From Lama guanicoe (taxonomy: Eukaryota): 64,000 nt of DNA. The position numbers were made by a program, and so were the translations under genes. Location: assembly GCA_013239625.1 (NCBI GenBank), contig MU054323.1:248001-312000 (forward strand), written 5' to 3'. This document shows, piece by piece, positions 1-13,189 of the stretch; positions within the stretch are counted from its first letter, which is position 1; each line of letters starts with the position of its first letter. Below the pieces are notes generated by a model. The model worked only from the letters and a program-made list of their open reading frames with translations, searched no databases and had not been told where the DNA came from.

Positions 1-141
1 ATTTCAGTTTGGAATGCTGAAAAATTCCTGGAGACGCGTAGGAGTGATGGTTGCCCACATTGTGACTGTACTTAATGTTACTAAATTTACACTTAAAAAT
101 GTTTAAATGGTAAAACTTATGTGACATGTATTTACAGCAAT
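1..141 (+). mobile_element. 3' UTR end of an ancient L1 (L1MB-like), cut by the window edge
   Basis: Typical L1MB 3' terminus (..gtgatggttgc..gtacttaatgttactaaatttacacttaaaaatg..ggtaaaacttatgtgacatgtattt); closely resembles the copy ending near 29520. Confidence 0.75.
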
Positions 142-844
142 TTTTTTTTGTTTTAAACCTTGGCACAGGGCAGATTTCTGCTACACGTCTTGCGGGAGCC
201 TGGGCTGCAGAGAGATGCACGCTGATGGGATGGATCTGGAGGGATTTCTTGGAGGGAGTGGAATGCAGCTGGGTCTGGAAGGATACGTGGATTTCATTAG
301 GCAGTTTTGGAGAAAGAAGGGCATTTTGGGACAGCTGTGAAGATGGGCAGAAGGGATTCCTGGCTATACCTGCCAGGCTCGACACAGTCCAGTACAGCTG
401 GGTGTAGTGGACAAGGCTAAGAAGGGAGGGCTGGAGGACTTTGCCTGCCGAGAAGTGTCTGTCTCCACCTGAGGTTGAACCGGAGGGGGACCAGCAGCAT
501 CCGTTACACAGGGACCCCTCCTCAACACAAAGGGACTCCGAGAATAGCAGTGCAGAGTAATTCCAGGTGACAGCTCTAACCTCCTTCCCATCTTGTGGTC
601 ACTTCCACCTGGTCTCACTGCCCCGAAACAAGCTGGCTGTGCCCCATCCTCCGCCCGCCGTGGCCTCAGCTGCTGAGACCAGCTCAAGGTCCTGCCACAA
701 CGGTACGCTGGCTGTTGGCTACCAGGACCGTGGCCCTTTTCAGTTTTAGAATCATTTCAATGTGCTGCATCCCTAATAAACACTAATAAACTCATGGATT
801 AGGAAAGGAAGATGTACCCCTAATCGTGTAAGGATATTTTTTAG

Positions 845-1187
845 TGCCACGGCCTGGATATTTGTGTCCCCACCAAACGTCGTGTGTTGAAACCTGACAC
901 CCGAGGTGATGGTATTTGGAGGTGGGGCCTTTGGGAGGTGCCTGGGTCATGAGGGCAGAGACCCATGGATGGGATTAGTGCCCTTATAAAGCGGCCGAGA
1001 AGGCTCCCTAGCCCCTTCCACCGTGTCAGCACACAGTGAGGAGTCTGTGACCCGGGACAGAGCCCTCGGGCTGGCACCCTGATCTCGGACTTCCAGATTC
1101 CAGAACTGTGAGAAACAGACTTCTGTTGTTTGTAAGTTGACCAGTCCCTGGTGTATTTTGTTACAGTGGCCTGAATGGACTGAGGCA
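845..1187 (+). mobile_element. MaLR solo LTR, MLT1A-like
   Basis: TG...CA ends; hallmark blocks gtgatggtatttggaggtggggcctttgggagg, gggattagtgcccttataaa, ccagaactgtgagaaa, tattttgttacag. Confidence 0.85.
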
Positions 1188-1939
1188 TTAGCTGGTGAAC
1201 TCTGGATTTTGATGCTGGTTGCATTTACATCTCTCAATGTCAGGATGGATGGCCTTCTGAGCTTGGAGACAGAATCCTTTTAGCTTCTGCTCTCTGATCT
1301 TGAGAAAGAAACTTTGTCTCTGGGCTTCAGATTCCCCAGGTGGGACAGATGATGGACTAGATGGTGTCAAAACTCCTGGGATTCCATGGTCCCCCCGACC
1401 CAGAGTGGCAGCCATAGCATGTGGCATTTTTCTATCCATCTCAGATGCATATTTGAGGTTGGGGGACCGAGGTGAATCAGTGCTAACAGATTTCCAATCT
1501 CAATGAAGTCGAGCGGAATAGACTGTGAGCTGAAACTGGTACTAAAGGTGGTAATGAGCCCCAGCAGACAGATTTGCCTCCAGTTTCAAGCTCCTTTCTG
1601 AGAAAGAAAACCTCGGACAGTTCCAAGATTTCTTGGGTGGTGATCAAAGACCACATCTGCCTGAAAGAGCCAAGAAATGCCTTCATCAGGTGGACAAATA
1701 ATAAAGGGAGGTGCCCCTGTGGTTGAGTCTTTATCGAAGAGCAGGGTGATGATGAAGATTGCCATGGATTTGATGCCAGTAACTTTTCTGAGTTATTTAA
1801 ACTTTTCTCTTCCTGTGAGATAAGTAACCCTCACAGGGCTGCAGGATCACTCTCCCGACAGGTACTTTAAGTTCTAACCTGAACCCACGTGTTCTGGGGG
1901 GGTTTGCATATGTCACGGACCACACACTCTCCCTAGCAG

Positions 1940-2500
1940 GTGTTGTCACCTGGGAGGCATTATCTACCATCTAAACTCGAGCGACTCCCAAGCCACTGTC
2001 TCCAAATTGCTGTGTTATACATCCTGCTGCCCAGCATCATTGTTGTTCCTTCCAAAGGATCTCCAAGTCCAACATCATCCTCTCACATCTGCTCCCCTAG
2101 GATCCCCGTCTCAGTGGATGGTACCCTCATCTCCCCAGATGCCCAACTCTGGGCATTATCCTTGCCACCTTCCTGCTGGTCATAAAGTCCCTCAAATGTT
2201 CTGTCATTGTGTCTTTAGAACCTCACACTTGTCTCCATCCCAGCCAGCGCTGTGTCAGGCCACCAGAACCTCTCACCTGGACAAGGGCTCCCACACTCCC
2301 CTAACTGAAACAGGGCTTAGACCATCTTGTCAAAAAGCTTGTCTTCATCGAATGCCTCTCCTGCTCAAACTTCATCAGGGGTTTTCCTGGGGAGGCTTTT
2401 GCTTCTGTTCTAACATCCTCAGAGATTCTGATCCCAAGTTCCAGAGCCCAGCACACACCCAGGTTTAGGCAATACTGGTCCCTGTGACCCACGCTTACTG
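1940..2500 (+). mobile_element. Degenerate LINE-2 fragment
   Basis: L2-like pyrimidine-rich phrases (ccccgtctcagtggatggtacc, caggccacc..tctcacctggac). Confidence 0.5.
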
Positions 2501-5500
2501 TCCAGCCCCCTGCCCAGAGTTCCCAGCCCAGACGAGGTCACCGCCATGCAAGTCCAGCAGGCCTGTTTCCCCAGGGCACCCTGCGTGGCTGTACTTCTGG
2601 GGCTGGGATGTGCTGCTCCCTATGGGGACCCAGACCACACTGTCCCCCGGAGCCCCCCACCCTCACAGGCTGGGGTCTCCATCAGAGCGCTGAGTCCACT
2701 GCGCTGTCCAGCTGCTGACCGTCTCGGGACCCGAGCTCCTTCTGGTTAAGGACCGTCTCTTTCCTCTCGGCCCCCAGCGACGGGCCTGAGCAGGGGAAGC
2801 TTTCAGTAAATGTTTCTGTGAAAAGATGACTGTCTCTCATAGCTTGCAGCTTTTCAAGCCTTTTTATTAGACTATCAGACACTCAGAAAGATAGACAAAC
2901 CCCGAGCCTGGCTGCACTGACTTTCACGTGTGAGCACGCTTGTGTCAGCAGCTCGAGAGGCGACCTCCCAGCGCCCAGCAGGCCCCATCTGCTCTCTCTC
3001 GGTCACCGCCGCCCACGCCAGACTTCCAGAACCGGTGTGTGTTCTCTCTCCTGATCCTTGTGCGAGTGGGACCGCGTGGCATGTTCTCTTTTGAGTCTGC
3101 TTTCTTGCTCCTTATTTTCTTGAGATTCATCGTGTTTATTTTGTCGAGGTCCACCTGTGTGTTGAGGGCCATCGAGGGTGTGGATAAGAGTGACCAGCTC
3201 ATTGGCGCTTTAACCTTGAGACTTTTGGTAGCAGAAGTGGGGAAAGAATTCCTTGTCCCTGAGGGTCCAGGGGTCCCGTGCCTTCTGCTCCCCGCTCTGC
3301 AGGCCTCCCCCCCACCCCCCGCCAGGCCCGCCCCTCTCTGGCCTTGTTCCCCGGGTCCGTGGCGGGTGAGCTCCGAGCGCTCTCCTAGGTCCTTCCTGGC
3401 CCTGGCCATCTCTACTCCAAGCTCTTGGTGTCTCGTCCCCAGCTCCCCTCCCCACGGAGATGACTTCAGGCCAGGGGAATGCCAGGCTGGAGCCTGATTC
3501 GATTAAGGGGGAAAGAGGAGCCTTGTGAAGCCACAGGGCAGGCGAGCCACGGCACTGACCCCTCAGAGGCTGGTGATAATGGGGCACATTGCCGGGCCGA
3601 GGCTGAGGGCGGCCCCAGCAAACCTGATTACCGGGTCTCTGGCCGCAGCCTGCCTGCGTCTCCCAGAGAGAGCAGCCTTTATTCTCCGAGGCAGGTCCCT
3701 GGACAGGCAGGTTTAAATTGAATCAGGGCCCTGCTCCCTGGCACAGAACGGGCTATTCACTGGCCCCACCATCCCCTAGCAAAACAGACCCCTCGGCCAT
3801 ATGGCGGTGGGGGGAAATTGGCTGGACGTGTGGCCGGTGGCCAGTGGCCAGCCTTGCAGCAGCCTGCACAGGCCAGCTCAGAAGAAGGGCTGTCTCCAGG
3901 GTCCGTCGGGCCAAGCTTGCGCTCAGGGACAGATGCCCAGGCAAAAATCCTTGGTTGGGTGAGCCGAGGGATCAGGGGCGGAGGGAGAGGCAGGAGTCCT
4001 GGGCTGTGGCCAACACCTCACATCACAGTGGCGGTCTAGTCCCAGTCACGTCCAGTAACAGTAGTGGAACTGTGGGAAATCGCTCAGCCTCCCTGGTGTG
4101 ACTTTACAGGTGGTGTGAGAATGGTGTTCCCCATCTCAGGATAACATGAGACGAGGTACGTGCCCAGCAGGGCTGGGCCTGTGGACAGAAGGGCCATGTC
4201 AGTTGGCGGCTTCCCCCTCAGTCCGTCTACAGCAGGGAACGGGGGCCTCAGGTAGAAGCTGGCTACATGGTGCCTTCTCTTTGCCAGCCCAGTGGGTGTC
4301 ACCCTGACATCTAGCTGTCTGTGTGGCTGTGTGGCTGGCCCACGGCCTGTCAGATACCTGTCCCTATGACATCTTCCTAGAGGGGCCTGAGACACTACTG
4401 CCGGGTTTACAGAGGGAGGAGCCACCCTCAGAGAGGTCAAGTGATCTGCCCATGTCAGAGGCAGAGGGGGGCCTGGAATTCAGATCTCCCAGCCCCAAAT
4501 ATAGCAGTTTTAGTCATTATTTTAGAGATAAAGAATTCATGGCCAGAAAGGGCAGTGCTTCTCCTGAGGTGCACTGTGATCACCCATCTTAAGGCCGGAC
4601 CCCAGCTCCAGCAGCCTGGCCCCCGCTGTGCTTAGGGCTGCAGCAGCTGGACCAGTGTACGTGAGTGGTTTTGGGGAGCCTTGTTGCTGAAGCATCAAAG
4701 GCCCAGAAAAAAATGCAAAAATACATCTTTCAATATGCCTCAGAAAGCGTGCTAAACTCAGACCTAGAGGCTCCAGCTCCCAGGCCGGTGCCAGCCCCGT
4801 CCCCCGTGCCCACCCCCCACTGGCCCTGGCTCCAGGTCTCTCCAACCAATGAGCACCCCAGAGCATCACCTTGGTGCACTTGGCTTCGGATCAGACCTGC
4901 CTCCCTCCTCCTGTTTCCATGGAAACACCTCAGGACCCATTGATCAACTCTCACTTGAGGCTTTCATTAGCCCAAACGTTGGAATAAGTTTTGATTCAAA
5001 CATGACACTTTTTAACGCAGTGAAAAACTCGTTTTGTGCAAAACCCCATTATGTGGAACAGACAAGCGGGTTGATGGCCAATTTACTTAATAGAGCTTTG
5101 CAGCTGACATTGAATTAAATCTGCAGGAAGCAGCCTCCACTTTCCCGGGGAAGAGTCACGTGTGGATGTGCAGCGGGCTGGGGATGCAGAGGGAAGGCTG
5201 CTCCCGCCCCGTGCCCCGCCCATCCCGCTTCTGCCACTCCCCCCTCCCTCAGCTCCGACATGTCTCTGGGGCTCTGCGGCTCACGGGTGAGCCCTAGATC
5301 TCCAGCTGGATCTCACGCCTTACTCCTGTCCTTGCACCCAGCCCCTCGCCCTTCACTCCACACTGTATGCTGATCTTCGAATCCGCTGTGTTCACCCCAG
5401 CTCCGTCTTGCAAGTGTGGAGTGTCATCCCATCCCGTAATATCTGTGTATATATTTACCCTTCATTTTTAATTGTCTCAAGACATTGCTAATTATTTGAG

Positions 5501-6660
5501 CCTCAGTCTCCTCCTCTATAAAATGGAGCGATAATGCATACTGAAAAAATATATGTAAACGACCTACCTGTGCGGCGTGATTAGAGGCTGCGTTACTCAC
5601 CAGCTGAGTAGCGGTTTCTTGGCCTCTCTGTGCCTGTGTTTTCTCGCTGGTTAAAGGCAGGTGACAATAGATCTCCTCTCCCTGGACTGCTGGGAGGACT
5701 AAGTGAGTTCATACAGGTAGGGTGCTTGGGACAGTGACTCCATGCTGTGAGCATGTGATCGTGACCATTTGTTCTTTGGAACCGAGGCCCCACCATCCCC
5801 TGCTCCTCACTCTTGTTAGTGGAAAGACACAGGACCTCCTGGCCTGAAACAACTCCAGGGGCTCCTAGAAGGGGCTCACGTAGAAACCAGAGCCCCCCTT
5901 CCCTGGTAGGTGGTCTCCTGGGGTCGGTGGGGCAGGATGGGGTATGATGCCACTGACCTGTGTTTGTCACCAGTGCTGCTGTGTCAGTCCCGGGCCCTGG
6001 GAGCGGGTTCCCCAGGAAGCTGCTGCTTTCTGCTCCGGACGAGGCTGGACCACGGCTGCCTGCTCCCCCTGTCCCCCTGCTCGGCCCTCAGAGGCTTCAT
6101 CCCAGCACCCTGGCCTGCACTGCAGGATACCCGGGGGTCCATCCACTTCCTTCCACCAGTCTGTGCGAACCTCAGATAAGCCACGCCCCCTTTGCAGCCC
6201 GAGTCTCTCCTCTGACAGGCTTTTTGCTGAGATGAGGGTGGGAATAGCTCCAGAAGAGTTATTTTAAACTTTCAGTTACATCAAAATCACTCAGGTCACT
6301 GGTGGTGATTCCTGGGCCTCGGCAGGGCGGGCATATGATGCAGGCCTCTGCAGCCCACACTGGGAAACATGGCCTGGAGGAGCCGCCCAGGCCCCGAGGG
6401 GGCCCTGTGGGCTGGTGGGGCCCCCAGACCCCTTTCAGCCTCCTTGAGTGTTGAGGGCTGACAGCTCTCTGTGGACACCCCACCCACGTCCACTGCCAGG
6501 GTTATATCCTCTTCTCAGCACAGCTGTCAGCCGATGACTGGTGGAGGAGGGGTGGTAGCCAAGCCCAGCCCCTTGCCTGGTCCAGTCAGCTCTGCGGGGA
6601 CAGCTTGGCTCCAGGGCTCTGGAGGGGTAGGCTGCATCCCAGCTCAACTCTCCTTCCACC

Positions 6661-7172
6661 TGTTGCAGAAAAAAAGTGTTACAGCTCAGTGTTGTAGCTC
6701 AGTGTTACAGCTCGGTATTACAGCTCAGTTGTGACAGCAACTAGGATCCAGGCGAGAGACAAAGCAGCACTCGGAGAGTTGGAGAACGCAGGTTCATTAC
6801 ACCAGCGGGCCCAGGAGAGTTAACACTCCAAGCTCTGGACCCCGTCTGTACGTTTACACAGGCTTTTATAGGCTGCCAGTTTACACTTCACAACATCATA
6901 TGCAAATAAGGTATAACAAAAGTTGACTAATTTGGAATAAGCTTTGTAGAAATGAACCAATCAAGAGGGAGAGAAATAACCACTCAGGGGTGAAGGAAAT
7001 AACCAATCAGGAGCGAGCTCAGGGAACCAATAGAATTTTAGGGGCTAGTAAGCTGTTTCAGAGCCAAAAAGTGAGATAGAGCCTCTGGGCCAGGGAACCA
7101 GATGGTGCTGGCAGGAGAGCAGTGGCCCTGCCTGGGGGTCCTGCTGGTCTTTTTATGGGGCTTCCCGCCTCA
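6661..7172 (-). mobile_element. Young ERV1-class solo LTR (probably camelid-specific)
   Basis: Minus strand starts TGAGG and ends GCAACA; exact 4-bp TSD CACC (6657-6660 and 7173-7176); TATAAAA on minus at 6870-6864; three CCAAT boxes; ~13-bp tandem repeats at the U5 end. Confidence 0.8.
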
Positions 7173-9081
7173 CACCCAGTCCTGCTTCCTTCGCTCCCCA
7201 GTGAGTCTCCGGCATGTTAATCTCTGCCCTGCAGTGGTGCCTTCCAGACCTCACACAAAGGCCATTGCACTTAGTAGGGGTCTATTGTGTAGAGGGCATG
7301 CACCCAGTCCTAAGGATGCAGAGATGTGTTAAGGATCCTCACAGTCCAGTCGAGGTGTAGACAGGCCAACCAATGACTGCAGGACGGTGAGCCCAGGGCT
7401 AACAGAGGTTTGTACAAATACCATGGAGCACACAGGATGGAGGTCCTAATCCTGCTGGGAGGCAGGTGACCCATGGATAGTTAGTGTCCAGGAGACGAGG
7501 CAGCACTGAGCCTGGCTTTGAAGGGCAATTAGGATGTTGCCAGGCGTGTAAGGGGAGCCGCTGCAGGAAAGTGACTCACACAGACTTGCACTTCCCCTCC
7601 GGAGAAGTTCTCTGTTCTGGGGAGCCAGAGGCTCGGGAAGAATGAGGGGACAGGCGGCAGGCAGAGATGAGCTCTCACAGCAAGAAAACATTTGCTGTTG
7701 TTCTTCACCCGAGCTAAGTAAGTGGGAGAGAAAATGATGCTGTGGCAGCCTGCCAGCCCCGGCGGGAGAAGCACACAGATCCGCCGCCCCGCGAGCCTGG
7801 ACGATAATTATCTAACAGTTGTCCTGCTATAAAACACTCCGGATCCTGAGGCGTTTACAGCAAAACAGCGTGTCTGGGGGCCTCAGGCACCATCTCACAG
7901 TGGCGGGGGCAGACTTCACTGGGGGAGGGAGCAGCCTGGCCTTGGAGCCAGGGCATCCCCACCCAGGTGCCCAGCTGCTGGTGTCCTGGGTCACCTGGAG
8001 TGGACTGTCTCCTCGAGAGAACTGAAAGCTTTCAGTGGGCTGTGTTGTGGGCAGCTGGCACTAATCAATCTATTGCAAAAGCTACTGTCGTTCAAATCCA
8101 TGTTTACCATCCTTGACCGTCTTCTGGGTCTCTGGTTCTTGCCCTGGAGATGGACCACTGGTGGCAGAGAAGGATGATAGCAACAAGGAGTGAAAAGGGC
8201 AATATTGCGTTCCCTCGGGGGTCCTGGACGTGCACAGGAGCACAGTAGAGAGCACCAACCCAGTAACTGTAACCCCTGAGGACAATTTCTCAGAGGCCTT
8301 GAAGGTAGAGTAGGAGTTTGCAGGCACAGGGGAGGTTGTTAAAGGGAGAGGGAATAGTGTATACACAGTCCTGGAGGGGAAGGGCGCCTGTAGAAATGGA
8401 ATGAAAGGTGCCTCCAGACAGTCCAGGCTCCTAGAACCCTGAGAGATGGGCCTTGGGAAGCCTCAGAGGGGTCTTAAGCAAACCATAAAAATGCCTTTTC
8501 ATGAAAATCACTTGGTTTTCTAGAGGAAAGATGGCTTCCAAAGCTTGAAGCCCAACCTGAGGAGCCTTGATTGGACCCAAAGAGAACAAGAGACAATTGC
8601 CGAATCACTTAATGCAAATTCATGCAAACACCACAGAGCTCGGCCCACTTCGGCTGGCCCTCCTCACCGATACGTGGAAGAACAGCTCCCGGGAGGGACA
8701 GCCCGAAAGGCTGGACTCAACCAACTCTTCAGAGGGACCTCTTGGTGTGTGTGGGGGGGGTGCTCCTCTATCAGGGAAGCAACGGTGGGCCTGAGAAGTG
8801 GAGGGTCCTCCCCGTCAGAGAGAGCATGGCCCCTGGTGACCCCGGGCCCCAGGAGAGGTTGGGGGCTGCCGGGTGTGGCTGTGGCCCAAGGCCCTGATGC
8901 CAGAAATAATTTCTTCCCTTTTGTTTGCATTATTTCCTGCTAGAAGGAGAAAAATTCTAGAGGGCACTGGTGAAGTGAGTGGGATGGCACCAAGCTCTGA
9001 AAAGCTCTGTCTCTGATTGGATTCATAGAACTGGAGTGAGAGAGGAGGAGGGGGCATCTCTGGCTGAGCTGAGACCAGCTC

Positions 9082-9660
9082 TGTCAGTCAGGGTCCAACC
9101 CAGAGACAGAAACCACAGTGATTATTTGAACCCGAAGATTTTAATATAAAGATTTGTTAGTCAGGTACAAAGGTATTAACTAGGTGATTGGAAGAATAAA
9201 GAGAACTCTGAGATATCATGGAAATAACAATACAGGAAGCCGCTTACCACCCCGAGCCTGCAGGAAAAAAAGCCAGAGTTGGGGAAGTTTAAAAGTTTGA
9301 AGTCTCAAGGGAGGGACCCGCAGAGCCAAGCTCCAGGCATTGGCGGGGGTGGGGTGGGGGCGGTCACTTTTTGGCGGGTGCTGGGGTCCCTGGAGGGGAG
9401 GGCACAATGCAGCTGGTCTCTAAGAGGCAGAAAAAGAGGAAAACTGGATTCAGCTGCTGCTACCAGAAGAAACTACCCCTGCCTGGGTGAAGAGGCAGAG
9501 CTGGGGTGACACTCAGAGAAAGAGCAAGTCCCTCCCGCCTTTGAGGCTCCCCCAGTTGGCAGAACCGAACAGAGAGCCCGCTGGCAATGCAGAAACTGGG
9601 CTTGCAGATTCCCATCCCCAGGACCGTGGAGCTGATTCCAGAAGTAGGTTTGGAGCTGAG
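9082..9660 (-). mobile_element. Ancient ERVL-type LTR (LTR40/41-like; subfamily uncertain)
   Basis: tgtcagtcagggtcc..gagacagaaaccaca..tttaatataaag is the reverse of an ERVL LTR 3' end; right boundary approximate. Confidence 0.55.
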
Positions 9661-9954
9661 TGAAAATAGTTACTGATATTGTAGCTTTTAGCCTTGCCGG
9701 CCCTCCCACACACGAAGAAGGCAAGGCTCGTGTCAGGGGGACGGTTATTAATGGTCTCAGCATAGGGACTGTGGGAAATATGGGAGGAAAAAAGAAGGAA
9801 AATCACTCATCATCCTGCTTTCCAAAATGACCTCTGTTAACATTTTAATGTATTGCCCTCCAGTTGTTTTTGCATGCATATACGTCAAACATGGTTACGA
9901 TCTTACATGTATAATTTCACATCTGAACTTTTTGTAATGCATCACATCACAGTG

Positions 9955-10432
9955 TGCTGTGGGTTGAATTGTCTCCGCACAAAGATCTTAAAGTCCTAAC
10001 CCTCAGAACCCGTGAATGTAATGTTATATGAAAATAAGGTCTTTGCAGATGAACAAGGTAGGACGAAGTCACACTGGAGCAGGATGGACCCCTAAACCAA
10101 TATGACTTGGTGTCCCTGTAAAAAGGGGAAATTTGGGTACAGACAGACGGACAGACACACACACACACATACACACACACGGAGAATGCCCTGTGTAGAC
10201 TGAAATGATGCCGCTACAAACCAGTAAACACCAAGAATTGCCAGCAGCCACCTGCAGCTGGGAGAGAGGCCAGCAGGAACAGGGTCTCCCTCACAGCCGC
10301 AGAAGGAATCAACCCTGTCGACACCTTGACCTCAGACCTCCACCAGCCTCCACAACTGTGAGTCGATACATTTTTGTTGTTTCAGCCACCAAGTTAGTGG
10401 GACTTTGTTACAGCTGCCCCAGTAAACTAACA
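9955..10432 (+). mobile_element. MaLR solo LTR, MLT1B/MLT1C-like, with an internal (CA)n
   Basis: gggttgaattgt..aagtcctaacc..aataaggtctttgcagat..gacaccttg..ttgttgtttcagccacc..gttacagctgccccagtaaactaaca. Confidence 0.8.
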
Positions 10433-10439
10433 GCAAACG

Positions 10440-11420
10440 AACCACAAACAAGAATGGTACAGGCATGTTCCTGTGTTATTGTAAACGCTTCCTAAACATC
10501 ATTTTAATACAGAGAATACCTCTCTGAGTGGACATAGCCTGATCTGCCCTATTTTGGACATCTTTTAACTGTTGTAAATAGCATTATATTGGTCAGAGTT
10601 TTTTTTTTTTTCATCAATCATGCTTTCTTATTTTGTATTATTTCCTTCAGATTTCTTGAAGTGGAATTGTTGGCTCAAATAATATACATATGGCTAAAAA
10701 AGCCCCCTTTTACTAATTATAATGTTAACACATTATAGACAATTTGCAAAATAAAGGAAAAGATAAATATAAAGCACTAAATTATGCCAGCCAGAGATAC
10801 AATGCAATTTTAACCTATTTTCTCGCAATTATTTTTCAGGCTGTCTGTACTTACTAGCAAATTGCTTTCCCTGAAGTTACATTTCCACCAACAAACTGTA
10901 TGTGAGAAAGTCTGTCTTAGAGCAGCCTCACTGGTCGTGAGTGTTACCACCTTTTAAAATCTTTGAGCATTTGGTAAAAATCATGTCATAATTTCCTTTG
11001 ATTTCCAGGGGATTGAACCTTATGTTTTTAGCTATTTGTTGGCCCTCTGTCTGATGAAGTCCATTTTACAGGCTTAAAAAAAAAATCAAGGTCTCAGCGT
11101 TTTTCTCCTTAAACATTAGATGTTAACCTTTGGTTACACTGGCTACAGGTCTTTCTCCTCCTTTTTTTTCGACTTCTAATATAGGTCATTCTTAAGGCCC
11201 GTTGTACATATTCTAATTGACTGATCTTCTTTACAATTTCTGCGATGTCTTCCACTACATTTTGGTGGTTCTCCTCATTCGGAACGTTTATTTGTAGGTA
11301 CTGGATGACTTAACAGTTTTATGTTTTTATATTGAATTCTTTAGTCCATCTGAAATGTGGGTGGGAGTATAGTCTGAAATGAGAAGCTGAAGTTTGGGGT
11401 TTGGGGTCTCTTGTAAGAGC
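10440..11420 (-). mobile_element. Highly degraded L1ME-like fragments
   Basis: T-rich antisense L1 phrases (gaagtggaattgttggctcaaa, ttacatttccaccaaca, attctttagtccatctgaaat). Confidence 0.5.
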
Positions 11421-12329
11421 TTTCAGGTTGCCCCTGGATAACCTCGGGAGCGACCCTACCCCGCTGTGAGCCCGTGGGCAGCACACACTCAGTTTGTAGG
11501 CATTCTGGAGCTATAGCGGATCTAATGCTTCTGCTTCGTCCATCCCCACGTTTCTATGTGTGCTGGTTCCTGGTCAACCAGCCTTATGTTTTCAGAAGAG
11601 GTAGGGCTACTTTTCCTCATCTCTCTCTGTCTCTCTTTGGAGTGTGTGAGTTTTTGCTTTTCCCTTAACTAGTCACATCCGTTTATCTTCCAGGTGGCAT
11701 TTGGCATGAGAGGGGTTCCCCTTTGAGCCCTTGTCCCCCAAGGTTGAGTCAGCTCCCCCTACCCCACTCTATTTCTGACACCCCTGGAGCCAGCCCGAGA
11801 GAGAAGAAGAGACTGTGAGCGTTGAACCCCTGCTCATTTCAGAAATGGAGACACCTGAGTCCCTGAGGCGTGCACAGTGCAGCCAGGGCATGTCCTGGAG
11901 GAAAGGATGGGAGAACCTGGACAACCCTCCACCTTTCAGGACTAAGCGCACCTGCCTGGGCGGGAGGGCGATGGCATTTCCCACGCCAGACTGATGCCGA
12001 GCCTCACCCAGGGTTTGTCTCCATTCCCGGGTCCAACCCAGACCAGGGGAACCAGAATCTCCCAGGGAAGGGCCCAGGGATCTGTGTACCTGGGAGAGTC
12101 TTCACATCAGACAAGGCTGGAAAAGACACGAGCTGGAAGATGAAAGCAGAGCAAAGACGCAAAGCAGGAAGCCCCCCTGAACTACCCAGGCAGCAGCACG
12201 GGCACCAAGAACCCAATGGAGAGAAGAGCCTGGGAAGGGCTCCTAAAAGGGGCTGGATTCCAGCTGGGCCAGAGATCTTGACAACAGGATGAAATGGAAA
12301 AGAATGAGAGCCATCCTGGCTCTCAGCAA

Positions 12330-12990
12330 ACACTCATAGAGACTTCTGCTGGGTACAGAAGAAAGAGATAAATAGGGCCTGTGGTCCTATCCTTAAAGAG
12401 CTCAAAGACAGGCAAATAGGAGGTTACAGTAGAGTAGGTAACTGCCTAGGAGTGCAGGACGCCTGGGGAGGTAGAAATTCATTTTGCCTGCAGCCATCTA
12501 GATAAACTTCAGCTGGAAGGTGACCTTGCTTTGGGCTGGAAGGATGCACAGTAGCTTCTTGGGCAGTGGCCTGGGGGCTTGACAGGTATGGAGAGGAAAG
12601 GTGGAGAAATTTGGGGAAGCAAGAATGAATCAAGGAAGGCTGGGAAGCAAGAAAATGCTTGGTGTTTTGGGAAAAGTGTTAAGTGGTTCAGTCCAAGAAG
12701 TGCCTAGTGTGTTTGCAGAAGCCAGGCTAAGAAGCTCCGGTTTAACTCTGAATTCAATAGGGAACCACAAGAGGGTTTAAGTAACACAATGTGATCAGAT
12801 TTGCATTTTAAAGGGATCACTCTGGCTGCCCTGGAAAGATTGTATTTAAGTGGAGGGGGGAGGTGGATCAAAAGCTGGAAAACTGTTTCGGAGGTTGTTA
12901 TAAAATTTCAGGCATAAACTAAGAAAATGGGCATGGATGTTGGGAGAAGGGGCTATGGATGAGAGAGAGCAGATTTAAGCAGTTTGGGCT
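12330..12990 (-). mobile_element. LINE-2 fragment
   Basis: gtgatcagatttgcattttaaagggatcactctggctg and neighbouring purine-rich antisense L2 motifs. Confidence 0.6.
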
Positions 12991-13189
12991 GCAAGATCGG
13001 AACTTCTCTTTAACAACTGTTCCATCTGAATGATTTCCAGCTTTAAAGGTTCCCTTGGATGTTACCCCAGCGTGAAGTGACTTTCCCCTAATGCATCATT
13101 TTTTCTTTCCTGCTCATCTGGGAGGTAAGGTACCATGCAAGCCCTCTGATGGCTTCATTTTCTATGCTCTAAAAATGGAAATAAATCAA

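Noticed and set aside
2940..3587. Overlapping 185-, 154- and 125-aa ORFs on both strands
   Set aside because: Low-complexity Pro/Gly/Arg-rich products typical of GC-rich non-coding DNA; no recognisable domain or exon structure
6677..6740. Short direct-repeat array superficially like a CRISPR
   Set aside because: Head-to-tail 13-bp units without spacers inside an LTR in a mammalian genome
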